64,000 nt of DNA from Candidatus Amesbacteria bacterium. Its GTDB lineage: Bacteria; Patescibacteriota; Microgenomatia; CAZETR01; Amesbacteraceae. Both the position numbers and the translations under genes were made by a program. This document shows, one piece after another, positions 1 to 8,741 of this stretch. How positions within the stretch are numbered: the stretch's first letter is position 1; each line of letters starts with the position of its first letter. The stretch is taken from the NCBI GenBank assembly GCA_963736875.1, contig CAVTQH010000002.1:199927-263926 (forward strand), in the 5' to 3' direction. The notes under the pieces are model-generated. The model had not been told where the DNA came from, did not search any database, and saw only the letters and a list, made by a program, of their open reading frames with translations.

Positions 1-586
1 CCTGGTATTTAATTTTATCGATACTTCGGCTCAGCTGTTTTTCCGTGAGGTTTACCGTTTCCGTCCGCTGGTTGTTTCCGGAAACCTCGATTTTATTCTT
101 CTCAAACCGATTAACCCCCTGGTCCGGGTTTTATTGGGCGGTGCGGATGTCATGGATCTGCTTATGCTGGGATTTATCGGTATCGCCACAGTTTGGTTTG
201 GAGCAAGTTTCATCTCGGGAAGCCTTTTACACTGGCTTCTCTTTGCTTTATTGGTATTAAACGGAATAATCTTATCCGCCGCGTTTCATATTACCGTTCT
301 GGGTATCGGAATTATTACCATTTCCATCGACCACCTGATCATGATTTTCAGAGACCTTACGGCTATGATGCGTATTCCGGTCGATTTATATATCGAACCC
401 CTCCGTTCTCTTTTAACCTTTGTTATTCCTCTTGGCATTATGTTCACCTTTCCGGCTAAAGCTTTGATGAATATCCTCTCGTGGCAAATGATACTGGTGT
501 CTTTTGTGATAGCAGTCAGTGCTTTATCGGTTGCTTTACTATTCTGGCGCTATTCCCTGCGTCATTACCAATCCGCCAGCGGCTGA
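1..586 (+). CDS. ABC-2 family (DUF990-like) transporter permease, C-terminal part; 5' end lies upstream of the window
   Basis: Frame 2 is open from nt 2 to the TGA at 584-586. The product is polytopic and hydrophobic and ends ...RYSLRHYQSASG, like ABC-2 permeases. Confidence 0.4.
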   Translation, partial: LVFNFIDTSAQLFFREVYRFRPLVVSGNLDFILLKPINPLVRVLLGGADVMDLLMLGFIGIATVWFGASFISGSLLHWLLFALLVLNGIILSAAFHITVLGIGIITISIDHLIMIFRDLTAMMRIPVDLYIEPLRSLLTFVIPLGIMFTFPAKALMNILSWQMILVSFVIAVSALSVALLFWRYSLRHYQSASG

Positions 587-588
587 CT

Positions 589-1557
589 ATGCATAAAATG
601 CTTATTATTTGCGGCCCGACTGCTACCGGCAAGACTGCTTTCGGAATAGAAGTCGCTAAAAAACTTAAAGGTGAAATAATTTCTGCCGATTCCCGCCAGG
701 TTTATACGGGAATGGATATTGTCACCGGTAAAGATTTACCTCCCGGTTCCCGGCCTTACACGTCAAACCTAAAATGGCGGGACCGGTCACTGAAGTACTA
801 TACCGTCGACGGGGTCAATATTTGGCTATATGACATCGTTTTTCCTCACGAGCCGTTCAATATCGCTTTCTGGAACGAGGCGGCGGCTTTGGTCATCTCT
901 GACCTTCAAAGCCGGGGGAGGATTCCGATAATAGTTGGCGGTACCGGACTTTTTCTCAAATCCGTATATCATCCATTATCTCTGATATCTGTTTCCCCAA
1001 ACCCGGTCTTACGGGAAAAACTAGCGGGAAAATCAGCCGGTTATTTGTTTAATTATTTAAACCGTATCAATTCAGTTAAAGCTGCATCTCTCAACTCGTC
1101 CGACAGGCAAAATCCCCGGCGTTTAATCCGGGCTATTGAAATCTCCCTCTCTTCGCAAAATATTCTTCCGGAATCCGGTCCCCCGGACCGTAAATTATTA
1201 TCAATCGGTCTGACCGCCCCCGCCGATTTTCTTAAAGACCGGATAGATAAAAGAATTACCAACAGGCTGAATCAGGGGGCAATGAATGAATTCAACACTC
1301 TGAAAAACCGGTACGGTCGCAATTTGCCTTCGATGTCTGCCTGCGGCTACCGGGCCTTGGATGCGCCGAATATATTACAGAAATGGAACACTCTGGAACA
1401 CCAGTATCTCCGCAGGCAACTGACCTGGTTTAAAAAACAGCCCGATATTCATTGGTTTGATGTTTCTTCCGGCAACTGGAAAATCCGGGCCGTGAACATG
1501 GTGACTACTTGGTATAATAAAAACAGTTATGGGAAAGATTGCGCCCCAAAAGATTGA
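589..1557 (+). CDS. miaA: tRNA dimethylallyltransferase (tRNA isopentenyltransferase)
   Basis: The P-loop CGPTATGKT is followed by SADSRQVYTGMDIVTGK, and the IPP-transferase architecture is conserved. The ATG at 589 is the probable start; the track ORF extends to 481. Confidence 0.8.
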   Translation: MHKMLIICGPTATGKTAFGIEVAKKLKGEIISADSRQVYTGMDIVTGKDLPPGSRPYTSNLKWRDRSLKYYTVDGVNIWLYDIVFPHEPFNIAFWNEAAALVISDLQSRGRIPIIVGGTGLFLKSVYHPLSLISVSPNPVLREKLAGKSAGYLFNYLNRINSVKAASLNSSDRQNPRRLIRAIEISLSSQNILPESGPPDRKLLSIGLTAPADFLKDRIDKRITNRLNQGAMNEFNTLKNRYGRNLPSMSACGYRALDAPNILQKWNTLEHQYLRRQLTWFKKQPDIHWFDVSSGNWKIRAVNMVTTWYNKNSYGKDCAPKD

Positions 1558-2542
1558 AATCTCTCATCGCACCATAGTCGTAGCTGCGGTTACGGTATTT
1601 CTCTTTTGGCTGGTATTTAAAATTTGGGATCTGCTTCTGCTTCTTTTTATTTCAGTCATCATCATGTCAGCCTTAAAACCCGCAGTGGATTACTTGGAAC
1701 GTGCCAAGCTCCCCCGGAGTGTGGCGATTATTCTTGTTTACGTTTTACTCTGGGTTTTTCTGGGTTTGGTATTTGCCGGCATTATCCCTCCCCTGGTGGA
1801 GCAAACCAGAAAATTGGTTAATCTTATCCCTTCAGCCTTAAACAATATCCGGTACTTGGATATTCATCAGCAGGAAATCACCGCCCAAATAATTTCCGGC
1901 ATCGGCAGCCTGCCCGAAAATGTTTTCCGTATCACTTCGGGGATATTCGGAAACGTGCTGAATGTTATCACTACAATAGTCATCTCCTTCTACCTGCTTC
2001 TGGAAAGAAAACATCTGGATCAGTATCTTGCTGATTTTTTAGGTACCAAAACCAGCCCCAGGATTTCCGGATTAATTACCGAAATAGAAAATAAATTAGG
2101 CAGCTGGGTTCGGGGTGAACTTATTCTGATGACCGCAATCGGGGTAACCACGTACATCGGTCTCAGGCTGCTGGGTCTGGAAACCGCTCTGCCTTTGGCC
2201 ATACTGGCCGGGATGCTGGAAGTAATTCCCAACGTCGGACCTACGGTCTCGGCCATTCCCGCCGTAATTATTGCCCTCCTTATTCATCCTCTGCTGGCTT
2301 TATCCACAGTGGCTTTATACATTCTTATTCAGGCTCTGGAAAATAATTTTTTAGTCCCCCAGGTGATGCGCAAAACCACCGGGGTCAATCCCCTGGTAAG
2401 TATTTTAGGCCTGATGATAGGGTTTCGTCTGGCAGGCATTGCCGGGGCAATTCTGGCTATCCCCACAATTTTGGTTATTCAGGCTATAGGACTCCACTTC
2501 TTTTCCCTGTCACACCTGGAAGAAATTTCCGATACCGACTGA
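1529..2542 (+). CDS. AI-2E family transporter (UPF0118/PerM-like permease)
   Basis: A 337-aa 8-TM protein with the typical AI-2E length and hydropathy layout. Its start overlaps the miaA stop. Confidence 0.55.
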   Translation: MGKIAPQKIEISHRTIVVAAVTVFLFWLVFKIWDLLLLLFISVIIMSALKPAVDYLERAKLPRSVAIILVYVLLWVFLGLVFAGIIPPLVEQTRKLVNLIPSALNNIRYLDIHQQEITAQIISGIGSLPENVFRITSGIFGNVLNVITTIVISFYLLLERKHLDQYLADFLGTKTSPRISGLITEIENKLGSWVRGELILMTAIGVTTYIGLRLLGLETALPLAILAGMLEVIPNVGPTVSAIPAVIIALLIHPLLALSTVALYILIQALENNFLVPQVMRKTTGVNPLVSILGLMIGFRLAGIAGAILAIPTILVIQAIGLHFFSLSHLEEISDTD

Positions 2543-2562
2543 AAAAGTGTAAAATACCCCTG

Positions 2563-2828
2563 CCTGGAGGTAGGCGGCTACTCCGACGTCACGTCGGAGA
2601 GGAAAGTCCAGACAACTGAAGGCAGGGTGCCCCGTGTAAGCGGGGACGCGCAAGCGCTAGTTTAGAGCAACAGTGACGAACCGAGGTCATGCTCGGGTGA
2701 AACGGGCAATCCTCCCCGTTGCAACCTCCGATTTGGCCGATAAAGACGGAAGCCTTCCCGAGGCCTAAAGCTTGAGGGCATCAGACAGATTGCCGCTAAA
2801 ACAGAATCTGGCTTACTCACCTCCAGGC
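2563..2828 (+). ncRNA. rnpB: RNase P RNA, bacterial type A, reduced size (~265 nt)
   Basis: Universal motifs are present: GGAAAGUCC (gagaggaaagtccagac), AAGGCAGGGUGCC, GCGCAAGCG and the 3' ACAGAAUCUGGCUUA. P1 is formed by cctggaggt (2563-2571) pairing with acctccagg (2819-2827). Confidence 0.7.
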
Positions 2829-2851
2829 AACTTTTAAGATATAATTGTTTC

Positions 2852-3013
2852 ATGATCAATCCCGAATTATTTACCAACAGGGCGGCATTTCAGGGTCTCG
2901 TCTCCCTGATTTTTGGTGTGCTCGTTCTGATGTTTCCCAAGCTCTTAAACTATCTGATCGCTTTCTATTTCATTTTCACCGGCCTGTCCGCGGTCTTACC
3001 CTATCTTCGCTGA
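2852..3013 (+). CDS. small hydrophobic membrane protein, 53 aa (MINPELFTNRAAFQGLVSLIFGVLVLMFPKLLNYLIAFYFIFTGLSAVLPYLR)
   Basis: An ATG-initiated ORF below the 60-aa track cutoff with two predicted TM helices. It overlaps a less plausible 80-aa track ORF read in another frame. Confidence 0.3.
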   Translation: MINPELFTNRAAFQGLVSLIFGVLVLMFPKLLNYLIAFYFIFTGLSAVLPYLR

Positions 3014-3014
3014 C

Positions 3015-3569
3015 ATGCCGTATCTGCTGGATTTACCGGAGACAGATTTCAAATCCCGGCCGATTCTGTTCATCGACCTGGAAATGACCGGATTGGATGT
3101 TGAAAAACACGAAATTGTGGAAATTGCCGCGCTCCTGGTTCATCAGCCGGACTTTCAGGTAGTCAATTCTTTTTATACCAAAGTTAAACCCGTCCATCTC
3201 CAAACCGGCGACCCCAGATCACTGAAAATAATAAACTTTTCCGAAAAAAGCTGGGCCGATGCAATACCGCTCCGCGAAGCCCTGCAGGAATTGGCGGACT
3301 TTGCTCCCAACTGCCTTCTGGCGGGTTGGTGTGTCCAGAATGAATGGGATTTTTTAAACTATAGCCTTCAGAAAGAGGGGATACCTTATTTTTATGACCA
3401 TCGTCTGATAGAAGTCTTCAGTCTGGCCTACACCCGTTTTTACCATGATCCGGACATGAAATTTATAAGTCTTTCCCGCGTTGCCCGTAAGTTGGGAATA
3501 TATATCGATCAGCACAAACCCGACTCAGATATCCGTGCGACCTACGAAATCTTCAGGAAATTAATTTAA
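3015..3569 (+). CDS. orn: DEDDh 3'-5' exonuclease, oligoribonuclease (Orn)-like
   Basis: ILFIDLEMTGLD (Exo I motif), a later W..QNEWDF motif and a C-terminal H...D...DI segment match Orn / the DnaQ-like fold. Confidence 0.55.
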   Translation: MPYLLDLPETDFKSRPILFIDLEMTGLDVEKHEIVEIAALLVHQPDFQVVNSFYTKVKPVHLQTGDPRSLKIINFSEKSWADAIPLREALQELADFAPNCLLAGWCVQNEWDFLNYSLQKEGIPYFYDHRLIEVFSLAYTRFYHDPDMKFISLSRVARKLGIYIDQHKPDSDIRATYEIFRKLI

Positions 3570-3587
3570 TTCGGATTTCTCCACCCA

Positions 3588-3640
3588 AAAACCCCGCCTC
3601 TTTTCAAAAAACAACTCTTGTGGCGGGGTCTTTTGGGAAA
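3588..3640. terminator. bidirectional rho-independent terminator
   Basis: aaaaaCCCCGCC...GGCGGGGtctttt: a 7-bp GC stem flanked by an A-run and a T-run. It lies between convergent genes (orn on +, zinc-ribbon gene on -). Confidence 0.45.
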
Positions 3641-3649
3641 ATGGAAAAT

Positions 3650-3793
3650 TTATTTGCCTCCGATTTTGTACATACCCGTTCCGCAGACCGGGCACTTCCC
3701 TTTTAAAGCCTTTTTTCCATTTTTCATTGTTACTGCCTGAGCATTGGGATCTTCTCTCTTGGATCGGCATTTTACGCAATACATTGATGCCAT
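3650..3793 (-). CDS. DUF5679-like zinc-ribbon protein, 47 aa (MASMYCVKCRSKREDPNAQAVTMKNGKKALKGKCPVCGTGMYKIGGK)
   Basis: CxxC...CPVCG zinc ribbon, 47 aa, ATG to TAA. It is missing from the ORF track (<60 aa); the track's 80-aa ORF 3561-3803 is a different frame. Confidence 0.6.
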   Translation of the reverse strand: MASMYCVKCRSKREDPNAQAVTMKNGKKALKGKCPVCGTGMYKIGGK

Positions 3794-3814
3794 TCTCACT
3801 CACCCCCTCTCATA

Positions 3815-4096
3815 TCAAAAATTTCCAGCTATTTTTTGTAACATGGAATTGACTTGCTGCCATCCGCCCCGGTTTAAATAGACGGCGAGGCTGAATTGTA
3901 AAAGCAAAGCCAGAATAGTCATGGCCAGGCTCTTTGTCAAGTCCGAAGTTAATAATTTAGTCGAAAGAGTAATTTCCGGTACATAATATTCTTCTTTAGG
4001 GGAAGCGGTTTCTTTAACTGCTGCAGGCTCAATTCTTTCAAGCCTTCTCCTCAATTTTGCCGCAATTTTTTCAGCTTTTGTCCTTCTTCCAGCCAT
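3815..4096 (-). CDS. hypothetical small protein, basic N-terminus with a C-terminal TM helix
   Basis: ORF only; no recognisable family. Confidence 0.25.
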   Translation of the reverse strand: MAGRRTKAEKIAAKLRRRLERIEPAAVKETASPKEEYYVPEITLSTKLLTSDLTKSLAMTILALLLQFSLAVYLNRGGWQQVNSMLQKIAGNF

Positions 4097-4488
4097 GCCG
4101 ATATGCTAACACACTTGGTCAAAACCGGCAATCAAGATATAATTTACCCCGATGACGGCAATTTGGGGATTGTTTTTAATTTTGCTTATTTGGTTACTGA
4201 TATTAAGTTATTTTGTCTTCCGTTGGCATCGTCATTCACGCCGTTCATCTTCACCGGTTTCTTCATCCGGATTCCGTTTCAGCCTTCTTCGCTTCAATCC
4301 TTTTTCCGATACCGGGGGAGAGCAGAGTTTTGTTCTCTCTTTACTTGATGGGGGGGGAAATGGCATACTACTTACCAGTTTGCATGGACGGGGGACCACC
4401 CGCTTTTATGCCAAGAGGGTAATTGCCGGTAAAACCGACCAGGAACTCTCAGCTGAAGAAAAGAAAGCTCTTTCGGAAGCACTCAATC

Positions 4489-5682
4489 ATGAATAAAAAA
4501 ATTTCCATCATTTTAACCGGCTTATTGCTGTTTGCCGTTTCCACAGGCACCTCTTACGCCTTTTTCCGGTTTATTCAAAAGCCCTCTTCTCCTCCCGTTT
4601 CCCCTGAATCTGTCATCCCCACGCCCTCTTCCCGGAAATCAAAAATTGATCCCTCACTTCCCAAAACCGAAGTTTGTCCGCTGAACGGCCAGTTGTTTAC
4701 CAAGCCTGAGAAAGACGTTTGGATTACCCGCAGGCCTTTGGGCATAATGGTTGAAAATTCAATTGATTCCCGTCCCCAATCCGGATTGGGGAGTGCCGAT
4801 ATTGTTTACGAAGCCGTGGCTGAGGGAGGAGTCACCAGATTCATGGGGATGTATTATTGCGACGCCGCTATGACGGACAAACTGATGGTTGCCCCGGTCA
4901 GATCAGCCCGGATATATTTTGTTAACCTCGTATCCGAGTATGACGCTCTCTACAACCATGTCGGCGGGGCGGGGAATTGTGACGATATAAATGTCGATCC
5001 CCGGGCCAAGGCGCTTTGCCTGATTAATACCGCGAAAATTAAAAATATGGATCAGATGGGTTATGCCGGTGATTTCAAAATTTGTCACCGCCTGACCAAT
5101 CGGTTGGACCATGACGTTGCTTATGAACACACCATGGCCTGCTTTGTTGACGAAATTTATAATAAAGCTGCCAAGCTCAATTGGACTAATGTTGATAGTA
5201 AGGGTGTTTCCTGGGACAAAAACTTTGTGTCATGGAAATTTAAGTCGGCCGATGAAAAAGCCGCCGGGTCGGAAGCCAAAACCATTTCCTATATTTTCTG
5301 GAGCGGGGACAGGCAATTTAATCAAAACTTTGATGTCAAATGGATGTACGATCCCGCGGCAAATACTTACAAAAGATACAATAACAACGAACTCACCATC
5401 GACCTCAATACCAATAGTCCTCTGAAATTTAACACTGTCATAGTTCAGTTTGCCAAAGAAACGTTGTTGGGGGATTTGGAAAAGCACCTTCTCTATGACG
5501 TAGTGGGCAAAGGCAAAGCCATTGTTTTTATGGACGGAGTGGCGGTCGATGCCGCCTGGACCAAGACCACCCGCACCAGCCGCACTCTGTTTTATGACGT
5601 CAAAGGCAAAGAGCTTAAACTAAATCCCGGTCCTGTCTGGATTTCCATCCTTCCGCTTGGAAATTCTGTAGAGTACAATTAG
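4489..5682 (+). CDS. DUF3048 (YerB-like) secreted/lipoprotein
   Basis: Signal peptide MNKKISIILTGLLLFAVSTG, then RRPLGIMVENSIDSRPQSGLGSADIVYEAVAEGGVTRFMGMYY, typical of DUF3048. The ATG at 4489 is preferred to the upstream alternative start at 4423. Confidence 0.55.
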   Translation: MNKKISIILTGLLLFAVSTGTSYAFFRFIQKPSSPPVSPESVIPTPSSRKSKIDPSLPKTEVCPLNGQLFTKPEKDVWITRRPLGIMVENSIDSRPQSGLGSADIVYEAVAEGGVTRFMGMYYCDAAMTDKLMVAPVRSARIYFVNLVSEYDALYNHVGGAGNCDDINVDPRAKALCLINTAKIKNMDQMGYAGDFKICHRLTNRLDHDVAYEHTMACFVDEIYNKAAKLNWTNVDSKGVSWDKNFVSWKFKSADEKAAGSEAKTISYIFWSGDRQFNQNFDVKWMYDPAANTYKRYNNNELTIDLNTNSPLKFNTVIVQFAKETLLGDLEKHLLYDVVGKGKAIVFMDGVAVDAAWTKTTRTSRTLFYDVKGKELKLNPGPVWISILPLGNSVEYN

Positions 5683-5757
5683 TCCTCGCGTACACTTCTT
5701 ACTCACTCCCTCTTGAATTTCTCCAAACACGTGATATCTTTGGGATTAGAAATATCC

Positions 5758-6336
5758 ATGCTTAAGGATTTGTTTATATCAAAGACCCGTGTCAAGATTC
5801 TGGAAAATTTTCTTTCAGACCCCACCCAAATGTATCACGTCCGCGACTTGGTCAGAAGAACCGGTGAGGAGATTAACGCCGTCCGCCGTGAATTGGCCCG
5901 GATGGAACAGTTGGGAATGGTTAAAAAAGAACCCCGGGGTAACCGCCTTTACTACTGGTTTCGTCAGGATTATGTTTTTTACTCCGATCTTTTAAGTTTG
6001 GTAGCCAAAACTACCGGTATCGGCGAAAACATTATTAAAAACCGCCATAAACTCGGGCGGGTAAATATCGCCATGCTCGGCAGCCGTTTTGTGCGTCATG
6101 AACCGAAAGATCAGCCGGACGAAGTTGATTTGCTGGTGGTAGGGGATATTGTTCTGCCGGAACTGGCGGCAATTGTCCGGGCGGAAGAAGTCAAACGCGG
6201 TCAGACCATAAACTACACCCCCATGACCGAGGAAGAACTGAAATTTCGCCGGACCCGGCGTGACCCCTTCCTGCTCGGGATTTTAACCAACGGCCGGGTG
6301 ATGATTATCGGCAGCGACCAAGACTTGGTTGGTTAA
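5758..6336 (+). CDS. winged-HTH regulator fused to a minimal nucleotidyltransferase (MNT-like) domain
   Basis: An N-terminal wHTH (KTRVKILENF...LARMEQLGMVKK) is followed by a GS-x(n)-DxD motif (GSRFVRHEPKDQPDEVDLLVVGD). The track ORF starts at 5713. Confidence 0.45.
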   Translation: MLKDLFISKTRVKILENFLSDPTQMYHVRDLVRRTGEEINAVRRELARMEQLGMVKKEPRGNRLYYWFRQDYVFYSDLLSLVAKTTGIGENIIKNRHKLGRVNIAMLGSRFVRHEPKDQPDEVDLLVVGDIVLPELAAIVRAEEVKRGQTINYTPMTEEELKFRRTRRDPFLLGILTNGRVMIIGSDQDLVG

Positions 6337-6346
6337 CATCTGTCAT

Positions 6347-6532
6347 ATGAAACAGAAAATTCTCAAGACCGGCAACAGTTTGGCAGTGACCATTCCCGCA
6401 AAATTTGTTAGAATTTTAGGGTTAAAACCCGGAGACACGGTGGAAGTGAAATCCAATATCGCCAAAGGTACTCTCCACAGTACCTTTACGGGTACGGGTC
6501 AATTAAACCTGTTAAGCTCCGGGAAAAAGTAA
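6347..6532 (+). CDS. AbrB/MazE/SpoVT-type swapped-hairpin DNA-binding small protein
   Basis: KTGNSLAVTIPAKFVRILGLKPGDTVEV is the SpoVT-AbrB domain signature. It overlaps the stop of the upstream HTH-MNT gene. Confidence 0.5.
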   Translation: MKQKILKTGNSLAVTIPAKFVRILGLKPGDTVEVKSNIAKGTLHSTFTGTGQLNLLSSGKK

Positions 6533-6547
6533 TTTACCTGTTTTTTT

Positions 6548-7840
6548 ATGCGCACCACATTAATCATTACCGGTTGCCTGCTTTTTGCGGTTCTGATCAA
6601 TATGCCTTCACAGGTCAAAATCGGCAATGCCAAATTTTACCGCCCCAGGATTAACCTCAATTTTCTGGGCAAACAATATTACCGGGATCTGGACTTTAAA
6701 CTCGGACTGGATTTGCGGGGAGGCACCCATCTGGTTTATGAAGCGGATGTTTCCAAAGTAGCCGAGACTGATAAACAGGGAGCATTACTGGCTACCAAGG
6801 AAAATATCGACCGCCGCATCAATCTTCTCGGAGTTTCGGAACCCCTGATTCAGACTTCCCGGGTGGGTGACCAGTTTCGTCTGATCATTGAACTTCCCGG
6901 AGTTTCGGATGTCAAACAGGCAATTGACATTATCGGCCAGACGGCCCAGCTGGAATTCCGTCTTCCTTTAACCGCCACCCCTTCAAGTGAAAAGGACTTT
7001 TCAACTACCGACCTGACCGGCAAAGATTTGCTCCTGGCCCAGGTTCAGTTCAACTCCGGCGGGGAAAAAATGAATGCCGGTCCCAGTGTGGGTCTGGAAT
7101 TTAACTCCGACGGTGCCAAAAAATTTGCCAAACTGACCAAAGAAAATCTTGGCCGGCCGATCGCCATTTTTCTTGATAACCGGGTGCTGACGGCACCGGT
7201 GGTTCAGACGGAAATCACCGACGGTAAAGCGGTGATCACCGGAAATTTTACTCTGGATGAGGCCAAACAATTAACTATCCAGCTGAATGCCGGGGCTTTA
7301 CCCATACCCATCAATATTATCGAGCAGAGAAATGTCGGGGCGACTTTGGGCAGTGAATCAGTAACCAAAAGTCTGGTGGCGGGTGTTATCGGTTTTATCA
7401 TTATTCTTCTTTTTATGTTTACCAACTACGGGGCCAAAGGTTTGCTGGCTGACCTGGCTCTGATAATTTACGTGCTTCTTTCCCTCGCTTTATTCAAGCT
7501 AATTCCGGTTACTCTCACTCTGGCCGGTATTGCCGGATTTATTTTATCCGTGGGAATGGCGGTGGACGCCAATATTCTGATTTTTGAGAGAATTAAAGAA
7601 GAGATCAGATGGGGCCGGCCGCCCAAAGCCGCCATCGAACTGGGCTTTGTCAGAGCCTGGACATCGGTCAGGGACAGCAATGCCAGTTCTTTGATTACGG
7701 CCTCCATTCTTTTCTGGTTCGGTACCGGATCGATCCGGGGTTTTGCTCTGACTTTGATTGTCGGTATTCTGGTTTCATTATTTACTTCAATTACGATCAG
7801 CCGCAGTCTGATCCGTGCATTCTATGTCAACCGCAGGTAA
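6548..7840 (+). CDS. secD: protein translocase subunit SecD
   Basis: LGLDLRGGTHLVYEA is present, with a periplasmic domain and a C-terminal 6-TM bundle. Confidence 0.85.
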   Translation: MRTTLIITGCLLFAVLINMPSQVKIGNAKFYRPRINLNFLGKQYYRDLDFKLGLDLRGGTHLVYEADVSKVAETDKQGALLATKENIDRRINLLGVSEPLIQTSRVGDQFRLIIELPGVSDVKQAIDIIGQTAQLEFRLPLTATPSSEKDFSTTDLTGKDLLLAQVQFNSGGEKMNAGPSVGLEFNSDGAKKFAKLTKENLGRPIAIFLDNRVLTAPVVQTEITDGKAVITGNFTLDEAKQLTIQLNAGALPIPINIIEQRNVGATLGSESVTKSLVAGVIGFIIILLFMFTNYGAKGLLADLALIIYVLLSLALFKLIPVTLTLAGIAGFILSVGMAVDANILIFERIKEEIRWGRPPKAAIELGFVRAWTSVRDSNASSLITASILFWFGTGSIRGFALTLIVGILVSLFTSITISRSLIRAFYVNRR

Positions 7841-8732
7841 TCCTCCATATTTCCGGTTTATGAAATACAAATGGCTGTATTTCGGACTTTCCTTGGCTAT
7901 TATGCTCCCGGGCATGTTTTTTCTGGCCAGATTTGGTCTTAAACCGTCCATAGATTTCACCGGCGGCACCCTTCTGGAAATTCAGGCCGCAAAAGCCATA
8001 GAGACCTCCCAATTTAACCAAGTCGCCAAAAATCTGAATTTGGAACTGGCTTCCGTTCAGGCCTCATCCGACAACACATATTTATTACGCTTAAAACCTC
8101 TGACTCAGGACCAAAATGAGAAATTTAAACAGGAATTAAAGGCTGTAGCGGGAGATGTTACGGAAAAAAGATTTGAGACCGTCGGCCCGGTGGTCGGGGC
8201 GGAACTTACCAGAAATGCGGTTTTAGCTGTAGCAGTCGCTTCGGTCTTCATAATTATTTATATTTCCTGGTCATTTCGAAAAATCCCCAAGCCTTTTACT
8301 TCCTGGAAATTCGGGGCTTCGGCTGTGATCGCTCTTTTCCACGACGTCATTGTCATAGTTGGTCTGTCTTCAATTTTCGGAAAAATCTGGGGGGTCGAAA
8401 TTGATTCCCTCTTTGTTACCGCTCTTTTAACCATCATCGGTTTTTCCGTTCATGACACCATCGTTGTTTTTGACCGGGTCAGGGAGAATTTACCCAAAAT
8501 GCCCAAAGCTTCTTTTGAACAAGTGGTGGATTTCTCCATTACCGAAACTTTGAACCGCTCTATAAATACCTCCATGACCGTTATTCTGACTCTGACGGCA
8601 TTGTTGCTGTTCGGCGGGGAAACCATCCGCTGGTTTGTGGCAACTCTGCTAATCGGTATCATTTCCGGTACTTACTCCAGCATCTTCAATGCCAGCCCCA
8701 TCCTGGTTCTCTGGGAAAACAAAAAGAAATAA
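7815..8732 (+). CDS. secF: protein translocase subunit SecF
   Basis: IDFTGGT... plus a 6-TM layout. The likely true start is the ATG near 7860 (MKYKWLYFGL). Confidence 0.8.
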   Translation: MHSMSTAGNPPYFRFMKYKWLYFGLSLAIMLPGMFFLARFGLKPSIDFTGGTLLEIQAAKAIETSQFNQVAKNLNLELASVQASSDNTYLLRLKPLTQDQNEKFKQELKAVAGDVTEKRFETVGPVVGAELTRNAVLAVAVASVFIIIYISWSFRKIPKPFTSWKFGASAVIALFHDVIVIVGLSSIFGKIWGVEIDSLFVTALLTIIGFSVHDTIVVFDRVRENLPKMPKASFEQVVDFSITETLNRSINTSMTVILTLTALLLFGGETIRWFVATLLIGIISGTYSSIFNASPILVLWENKKK

Positions 8733-8741
8733 GGAATACTG

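Noticed and set aside
4152-4496. 114-aa ORF upstream of the DUF3048 gene
   Set aside because: It has a low-complexity Ser/Arg-rich translation, overlaps the promoter region and contains the G8 run. It is probably spurious.
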